Positions 55,957-64,000 of a DNA stretch of 64,000 nt are shown one piece after another. Source of the DNA: Balanoglossus misakiensis (lineage: Eukaryota > Animalia > Hemichordata); the NCBI GenBank assembly GCA_040954595.2, contig CM082577.2, positions 1,550,001 to 1,614,000 of the forward strand, in the 5' to 3' direction. The notes under the pieces are model-generated. The model saw only the letters and a list, made by a program, of their open reading frames with translations, was not told where the DNA came from and ran no database searches. Position numbers and translations under genes: made by a program. The stretch's first letter is position 1; each line of letters opens with the position of its first letter.

Positions 55957-58076
55957 GTTCGAATATCAAAAAACAACTTTGCCCTCATTATTTCACCAAC
56001 GCATTAACTTCTGCATCATCCATGTATGTGTTCCACATTGAGACATAACAAATTTCACTCAGTATATGTGTATACTTTCATTTTGCTTGCTACATGTACA
56101 TAAGCAAAACATGCATGTCTGTATAATGTGTCCTTAACATGATGATTTTGGAAATTTGATTTAATTTGAAAAAAATCATACATTGCTTGTTTTGTGCCAA
56201 CCCTGTCAAACTACAAGTGTGGGCTGCCACCTTTTGCATTTTTTTCATGATTTAACTTTCAAACTAAGATTGGTCCATTTATTACTGATGGGTATTATAT
56301 ATTATAAATTATCAATTTCTGATTGTGGCTATGCATTCATTTAATAAATGTGAACATTTTAAATAAATAATTTCATTGTGCTACACAAGCTCTTTCAGCC
56401 TCCTGTTGCAAGTGAGAATTTGCAGTGCTAACATGCACATCAGAAATAATCTTCACGAATTCAAAATTGTCTTCTGTCGGCAAGGGATAAGACGAAAATT
56501 TAAGTTATGCTATAATTGGCACAGACATTTAAACCAGAGTTTCATTTTGGTTTAGCAGGAACACTGTACACGAATTCTAAAAGTAACACGTCACCCATAC
56601 AGTACTTATACACTCAGTCAGTCAACAACAGATACCTGGGGTACTAAGCAACGTATAGGCTATTCAATTTTGCAATTTTCATATAAAACACCATGCATGT
56701 AGTACTGTTCGAAAACACTGAAATGTGACATGTTCACTGTCTGTGTACTGGGTTTTTCAACATGGGTGCTTAAGACTGAGACAAGAACAAGAAAGTTTAG
56801 CTGATAAAGAGACAAATACTCTGAAAATAAATTGGGGGTAAAGGTTATATACATCACTGCTGAATGGCGGTTGCACTGACATTGTACAGTTCATGGCAAA
56901 CACCCAGACCCTGAAGTCTGTTCCAGACTGACTGGCAAAATTGGCAATTCTAATACATGATATGTGATAATTTAGGAATAAATGTGAAACTATGGAGTTG
57001 GTGTCACGCAACATGTTTATTTGAAGTCCTAAGACAAAAGGAAATAGAATACTTCAGTCTCAGATCAATGTGCCTAATTTTTGCACAGCTTGTGCAGATG
57101 ACTACTGGAACTTAGTAGTTTTCCTTTAAATTTTCATTCAAACAAAAATCATGAATATACTGGTTACACTACAGCCAAACAGTACACCCAAAAATTCCAT
57201 TTTCACTGAAAATTTAACTACATGTATTTAGTTTAGTTTCGCTTTGATTTTATTTTCGCTTTCTCTTGCCAATATGCACTTATGTGTGTGCCTGTCAAGA
57301 ATTAGTCTAGTATCTAGCCGTATTTTGTCTAGACTAGTTCAGAATGGGAAATTGCAATACCAGTACTAAGTATTCTCTGGCTCACATTTATTGGTGTGGG
57401 CATTTCTATAGATATAACACTAGACCTAATTTGTCTGTGCAGGGAACTGTTTATTGGGGAACAAAGAGGCAGCTATGCATAACATAACATTTGCCCCTTT
57501 CAACAGAACAGTCAGTTCAGGGGAAATACATTCAAAATGAAACTAAGTATTCCACATTAGGGTATGTCTACTGTAATTGCATAAAAGCTATATCTCAAAT
57601 ACATGTATAGTTTTGTGGCAACAGGATAAAATACTTAGATCTGTGATAATCAGTAATATAATAATATTAATAAACTTTATTAAAAACTCTTTGCCAAGTT
57701 GTTTACACTAGCTTGAAGTTGCAGATTCTTGCAGCAAACCATGTTTATTGAATTTGAAAGTCATTCTGCAGTTGTCACACAAATACATTTGGAACGGTAC
57801 TAAAAATGATGCATTCAAATGTGAACATGAAGAAATGTGCATGGTATTGGCAGCAGTACTGCACTGCAGCTCATCTCGCGGTTTTGCCCCGGCCCGGTCG
57901 GTCGTCGCGCGCACGGTAATAGTGTTGTCGCGGGATTCACTGCGCTAAACCACGAACAACAAGCAAAACGGAACCTAAAGCCAAGTTTATAGATGAACTA
58001 TTACGAAACAGGCTAATGGCACAAGCATATACAGCTTCCTGTTGGCAATGTCTACAGCCCCGCAGGCCGCCAATTC

Positions 58077-58348
58077 CACAGGCGCGTGAATAGATGCTAT
58101 TTCAGTTTTTTAATGATAAATCAGTAGCTTAGACGATCCCCCGAATTTGCGTCAAACGAGCGCTCTCGCTATGTTCGGGCCTAGGCCTATACCCCACTGA
58201 CACACACAGAAATTTCTGTGTGTGTCAGTGGGGTATAGGCCTAGGCCCGAACATAGCGAGAGCGCTCGTTTGACGCAAATTCGGGGGATCGTCTAAGCTA
58301 CTGATTTATCATTAAAAAACTGAAATAGCATCTATTCACGCGCCTGTG
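58077..58348. mobile_element. Perfect spacerless palindromic (foldback) MITE, 272 bp
   Basis: Two 136-bp arms with no mismatch seen, centre at 58212/58213; 8-bp TSD GCCAATTC (58069-58076, 58349-58356); termini CACAGG...CCTGTG. Confidence 0.88.
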
Positions 58349-58694
58349 GCCAATTCCGGCCGGGCAGGCGACAATTTCCCCCCACGCGCACACATGTAGG
58401 CCATTTCAATGTCAAGTCATGGCCCGTCGTCGTCCGTGGTCAAGTGCTGAATATTCAAATAAATATATTCAAATGCAAATTTCTAGAGTATTCATAGATT
58501 TCTGTAAGAACTTAGGACAATTCAGAGTCCCCAACAGTTTTGTCTGTGCTCAGGCGCGGGATTCACGCGCCATTTTATGGCAGAGCTGATGTTTATTTGA
58601 CACCAAATCTGAGTTCTTGCACGGGCCGCCCGCAGGTCGTTCTGTGAAGTGAGCAGACGACTGTAAATTTGTGTTGAAAGTTGAACTTATTTAC

Positions 58695-58850
58695 CTGGAT
58701 CAATCGACGATTCTCTCACTCAAGTCGGTGAACCATTTCAAGTCAACAGCGGAGCAGCACTAGAAAGCAAAACTCTATCTGTATTATGTTAGATATAATG
58801 CAAACTGCACGCAGCCGACATTGAGAGCCGACCGACTATGTATAGGTCTA
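58695..58850 (-). other. Putative non-coding first exon of RNF213 (5' end uncertain)
   Basis: Donor CAG|GTAAAT at 58695/58694 in a CpG-enriched region directly downstream (on -) of the motif cluster. The first coding exon has an acceptor. Confidence 0.45.
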
Positions 58851-58872
58851 TAAAGTATGGGTCTTAATAGCT

Positions 58873-58946
58873 GGGTTTATCCCTGTGACGTCACAATTTC
58901 CGGGAATTTCCTTAACCCGAATCTGAAGTGAAATAAAAGTGAAACC
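58873..58946. promoter_or_regulatory. Composite CRE + GAS + NF-kB + IRF element cluster (putative RNF213 promoter)
   Basis: TGACGTCA 58886-58893; TTCCGGGAA 58898-58906; GGGAATTTCC 58902-58911; GAAGTGAAATAAAAGTGAAACC 58925-58946; Rel-like GGGTTTATCCC 58873-58883. Confidence 0.7.
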
Positions 58947-60221
58947 TTGTCATTTGTGGAGGAATACATCACGATTTTGGATTAATGTTATAGTATTACG
59001 GCAAAGGAAAGTCATGCCTGATTTGATAGGGGATTTTGAAGTGTTTTAAAATGGTTTGTTTTCTTTTAAGTCTGACCTGATGCGCCCTCTACAGTCAAAT
59101 GTATTACAGTCTGTAACAACAAGTGTCACATGCATGCACGTCTCCGTATCGATATTTGATAAAGAAATCATTGAGAAAAAGAAACTTTTCTTGCTCACAG
59201 ATAGATAAATGAAGGTTAATCTGAAAGATATACTCAATAATTTCACTCTACGTTACTATTGTCACTTTCATTTTATGTTCATTGCCTCCATTTAAAAACG
59301 AAAGTAAACAATTTCCTTGAACCACAAAAGGTGACATGACACGGTCCAATGATTCAAACAGAATTTTTACTGATTCACAAAAAACGATGTGTCAGCGTTG
59401 TGCGGTAAAGTTGAATCCATCCATTCATGTGATAAATTAAAGCAGTTTCCTTGGTAACTATCAGCCCGTGCCATGCAGAAAATCAATATTTGCCCGCAGT
59501 CTGCTTGTCAGTCACCTTGCAACATATGTACATGTATATACATTTCCCCACCTCTTAAAATTCCAGACAGGTCTCAAAAGAAATTTTTTTGCCACTGTGA
59601 CGTTGGTAATCAATATCTGTCACTTCTGAAACAATGGTATTTCCAGTTTTTAATTGCAGCTGCCCACTCACCTGCTGGTCATTTTCTGGTCAAGGACGAA
59701 TTTTGGCAGTGTCAGCGCTTAGTCTTATAAAAAAAATATTTCAAGTCCATTTGGTGATCCCATGTAATTTTCCACAATGTATAATACATATATATATATC
59801 AACTACAAACAAGCTGACTGAGGAAACAATGATCATGACTTTGGCAAAAGAATAACTCGCAGACAGAAGATAGGGTCAATGTACACATTTTATTTTCATT
59901 TAACTGTATACAAAAGAAACAAAGCAACCTGCAAAGGAACACACAGCCCTACATCAAAAAATCTGTTGAAAGTTAAATCTGCACTACCTGCAGAATCATT
60001 TCCATTTACTGTCTACCTTTCAGTCACAGAAAGTGCAAAAACACTGATATTTCTTTACAGAGTACAGAGCATTTCTTGCAAAACTGCAGTCAACAGGTCA
60101 TAAAAAATTACAAAAAACTGAGCACCACTATTTGATGAATGATTTTGCCCATAACAAAAACTCAACAATCCATTGTATGATTAGCCATGATCCATCCATC
60201 ACTGGTGTGAGTTCATGGTGT

Positions 60222-62331
60222 TTATATCCTTTCCGCAACCCATATGGCTCCCTTACATCCAAGTTTTATAGCGTTAGTGAGGGCTGCATACATAGGTGCC
60301 TGAAATGGAAAATAAGATGGTGAAATGGAAGATCCCCTGCAGATTGAAATTTCATGAAATACTTATTTCTTGTAAATGTAACATTTTGTTTAAAAATCTT
60401 TATTAAATTACAATTATTTATGTAGATTTATCAACAATATCGAAAGTCCACTGAAAAACACACACTTCACTGGCTTTTAAAGAAATGTTGTTGGTAAACT
60501 TTGACACAAAACAGTCGTTTAGGTCTTCATAAAATATGAATAGGTGCTTCGTAACTCCATGACCTTCTAAGGATGAAATCACTATACCTGCTGAGCATCA
60601 TGCTGTAATCCCGTGTCTAAATGCCCAAGTTCATCATCTCGGAACTTTTTGATTACATCCAACAGTTCTTTGTGTTTCTCTGGATCATCCTTGTACAGCG
60701 CCCTCAGTTGACTGTGAGAAGAAATGCATCAAATTAGCAACACCAACCTGATTGGCTAATGGGATTGAGTATTGCACCTTTCAAAGTCCGAATCTTGTGC
60801 AAATTTGTCACATGCATGACAGACTTTGGCGGCCGGAAGTCTTGAACTGTTTTGGAAAAGAGCTGTAAAATATATCTACCCACAGTTTCTCCACATGGGG
60901 ACTGTGATCCACCCTATTTAATCTTGTACTAGTGATACAATAGATTGTTCCTTAAATTTTTAAAACACAAAACCTGACCTTGTTATGTACATAAGTTAAA
61001 TTGTTTTCTATTTGAATTTGCTATATCATTCATAGTACCATACCATACCATACCCTACCCTACCATACCATACAAGATCAAATTCTTGTAGCCCTGAACC
61101 CCTTACACATGTTACATAAAAGTTTGTAAGATGTGAGAAATTCCGACCGGATGCAGAAATCACATTCAAAAACCTGATACCTGTCATAATGGTCGCCGAT
61201 AACTTCCTCCACAGCTACAGTGCATGCCATGGCTGCCTCTTTGCCCAACAGAGCTGACCCAGCTCCTGTGAAGACAGAAATGCAAATCACATCAATTGAA
61301 AGTTGCTGTCAATCACCACCTCTGATCAAGTATACCCTCAAGACAATATGTGAGTATACAGTTGCATATCACCCTTCATTTTATTCACTGTTTAGGATGT
61401 ACACGTACCGACCTATCGAAAAATCCAGCTACACATTCCACATGTACCAACCTAAAGCAAATCCGGCTACATTCCAGAATGGGAGGAGGAATGTCGGCCG
61501 CACTCGGTGCTCCGGAATCAATTCTTCAAACTTCTGCAGGTGTTCCTTCTCTTCATCCCACATTTCCTGTAAATTTCAACACACTTGACTGTCACTCACA
61601 TGACCTGCCTCAGCGTTGATGTAATCAACAATTTCTTTTCTCCAAAATCAGGAGCTATATATAAGGGCTCCAACTGGGAATATGGCCAGCATAATTAGTT
61701 TATTGTAAAATTCAATCAAAAGGAAAGTACAGATAATTGATACTCTGGAGAAAAATAAATTTTGGCAGGGTTTACTGTTAAGGCACGAGTTCCATAATGC
61801 CCCCACATCTAAATATTTTTGGCTGCCTAAAATTTTAGGCAAGATCTACCCTTCACACCCATACCTAACTAGGATCAACATAAACAGTATAACCCTGGTT
61901 ACCACACTGATGCTGTTCTCTGAACAAAACCTTACATCCAACCAGTAGGATCACATGATTTTGCAAACTGTCTTCACAATAACAACAACACAGAAGTACA
62001 GAAAAGAACCGTGTTTAGGCCCATTAGTATATCCCTCTCTCTTTCTGATAGGTCACTAGGTGATGAACAAGTTTCTCACCTGTATGACAGAACCTACAGA
62101 CGTGTTGCCCAGAACTGCCATCTGCCCTGCATATATTCGGTCAGCTCCTAGTTCACCTGCATGATCCACTCGTATAAACCTGTCAATCATATCTTTGGCT
62201 TCTTCGTCAGTATTTTCTGAGCCGAAGCATCTGTCAGGAGTTAGTCTCTGACTTCCACCATGGTTGACATGTAATCTATTTCTCACATGCCTACACAGCA
62301 TTGACGGTGTTCCATACAGCAGTCTCGCCAT
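60222..62331 (-). CDS. COQ7: 5-demethoxyubiquinone hydroxylase COQ7, complete, 217 aa (exons 62080-62331, 61452-61566, 61181-61265, 60588-60711, 60222-60299)
   Basis: Spliced in frame (654 nt): [103 protein letters not shown]. Di-iron ExxH motifs present; basic N-terminal targeting-like peptide. Confidence 0.97.
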
Positions 62332-62903
62332 TGTGATTTCAGTATTATTTTATTATTTGTTGGACAATATGGGCCGTATGGGATTCCTAACCACAGTTTG
62401 AGTTACAAATCCTTTTCCCCGCTGGGGGCGCCAGTCAACAAATTCCTAGTACCCTTCAAAATTAATCCCTTGACCCAAAATTTGAGTGATCGGAGTGAAT
62501 CTCTTCAACGTTCTCTATCTTTTTGATCGTCGGTACCAGCTGAAAGTAAATGTAAAATATTGTGAACATAGTTATGACTTCAACTTTACGCACGTTAAAA
62601 AAAATGTTTCGAACCACCCGCCCTCGTGTATTTATGCGTGAAAGAGAAAGCCGACTGCCCCGGAGAATTCCAATGCAACTACACCATCTGACAAAACAAT
62701 CATGGCCATACCGTTAACACAGCAGTGTCAGCCGAGTAGGAGTACCGGTTAACACGCGAGCAGCTCAGGTCAGCTCAGTGCTGTTTTCATAAGTTTGTCA
62801 TCATGGACGCAGCCATATTGGAAATCCGCATTGAATGATGGGAACTGGCGTTACTTACATTTATGCGCTTTGACATTGGTTCCTCAAACGCTAGCTGTTT
62901 GTA
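62332..62903. promoter_or_regulatory. Putative bidirectional promoter, COQ7 / HAP40
   Basis: Divergent start codons 572 bp apart; CpG-enriched; YY1-like GCAGCCATATT at ~62809-62819. Confidence 0.6.
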
Positions 62904-63967
62904 ATGGAGAGGGACGTAGATTTCCTTGGCAGATACCGTGCAGTTTCGAGCAAATTGAAAAAGTAAGTACATTTCCTGTTCTCTGACGGCTCATCCATTA
63001 AAAATGTGTTTTAATGTACCCCCACTGCCCCAGTCCCTTCGCACCCATCATCCTGCAAAATCATATATCCGGGGGAGGGGCCACGGTTAAAATCGTTTTA
63101 CGTGCCGGTGATTTTTGACCTCCAAAAGTTGTAGAGAATCAGTGAAAGAACTAGAACTAGAATAACTTTCAACACCATGAACCCAGTATATGTTGCTACA
63201 ATATTTGAATGTACTACTGCTATTAACATGTTGTTACTTCTCGCTTTGTGTTACTAGGAGATTTCTGAGGAAGCCAAATGTAGCTGAAGCTAGTGGACAG
63301 TTCGGTGAGTTCAAGTTCACTGTTTTCTCAACACACCAGCATGAAGAAAATATCTTTACATCCCAGGCTTTTGCAAATGAAAATGGCCCATTCTCAGCCA
63401 TTGGATATTCAAAATGGCTAGTGGTTTTGTAACAGTATTTGTGCTCTCTCCAATGAGATCATTCTTTGTACTCTCATTAGGCACATTAGCCAGAACACTA
63501 GAAAATCAAGAGTGTGCACAGTATGCTGGTCTATGCTGTTTGGCCCAAGCAAGGTTTGTACAACACAGCTTGGAATTAACTTTGAAACCAATGCCTTGAT
63601 AACCTCACAAATTACATTATAGCCTCTGAGGGCACACATTGAGGAGTTAGATTGGCAGACGCTGTTCTTACTTTGTAGTAACACAAGGTATCAAGAAACT
63701 GATCAAACCATAGACTCTGGGCACAGAGTCTATGATCCCGCTTAACTAAGGCCAAGGGGGGATCTCTATAAGCTGTAATCTGTTGTGATTTCACATGTCA
63801 ATTCCAGATGTGAGCAGACGTTGGCCAACTACCCTGGAGAGGCGCACGCCATCACAGAGGCAGCACGGTTGTTCATACAAGCATCAGAAGCCGACAGGTC
63901 ACTGCAGTGTACGCACTTTGATGAACATCTCAATGCGGCCATCAACTGCTACAACCACGCTATAAGG
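62904..63967 (+). CDS. F8A1: Huntingtin-associated protein 40 (HAP40/F8A), 5' part (exons 62904-62962, 63258-63304, 63481-63553, 63808-63967; continues beyond the window)
   Basis: Splices to [85 protein letters not shown]..., matching the HAP40 N-terminal motif [26 protein letters not shown]. Confidence 0.93.
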
Positions 63968-64000
63968 GTACGTGCACATAGCCCCAGTGGCCTCAATCAC

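Noticed and set aside
58077-58348. Palindrome as a RAG/Transib (RSS-like) element because of its CAC termini
   Set aside because: The TSD is 8 bp rather than 5, and there is no CACAGTG heptamer-spacer-nonamer arrangement.
52327-63967. Functional link between the polyQ tract and neighbouring HAP40 (huntingtin partner)
   Set aside because: The polyQ belongs to RNF213, not huntingtin; the proximity is most likely coincidental.

Overview
AT-rich, intron-rich animal genomic DNA, probably an invertebrate deuterostome or similar marine invertebrate (inferred from composition, gene structure and repeat types; the species cannot be fixed from the window). Four genes are present. (1) The last four exons of PCYT2 (+, 1372-2299). 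(2) A complete giant RNF213/mysterin-like AAA+ ATPase/E3 ligase (-, CDS 54411 to 6164, about 85 coding exons traced by eye). (3) A complete 5-exon COQ7 (-, 62331 to 60222). (4) The first four exons of an intron-containing HAP40/F8A1 (+, from 62904), head-to-head with COQ7. The main observation is that the exon encoding the catalytic half of the RNF213 RZ finger is tandemly duplicated as a mutually-exclusive-type pair (12010-12107 and 11839-11939; same phases, 70-nt spacer, mostly synonymous divergence). One copy keeps the conserved His and the other has Tyr there, suggesting splice-switchable E3 active sites. Other observations: a compact CRE/GAS/kB/IRF cluster at the putative RNF213 promoter; a ZC3H7/HELZ2-like zinc module and polyQ in a 2.6-kb N-terminal exon; a UBA-like insertion; a perfect 272-bp palindromic element with an 8-bp TSD; and several MITEs/SINEs. 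Exon boundaries were read manually and some may be off by a few bases.
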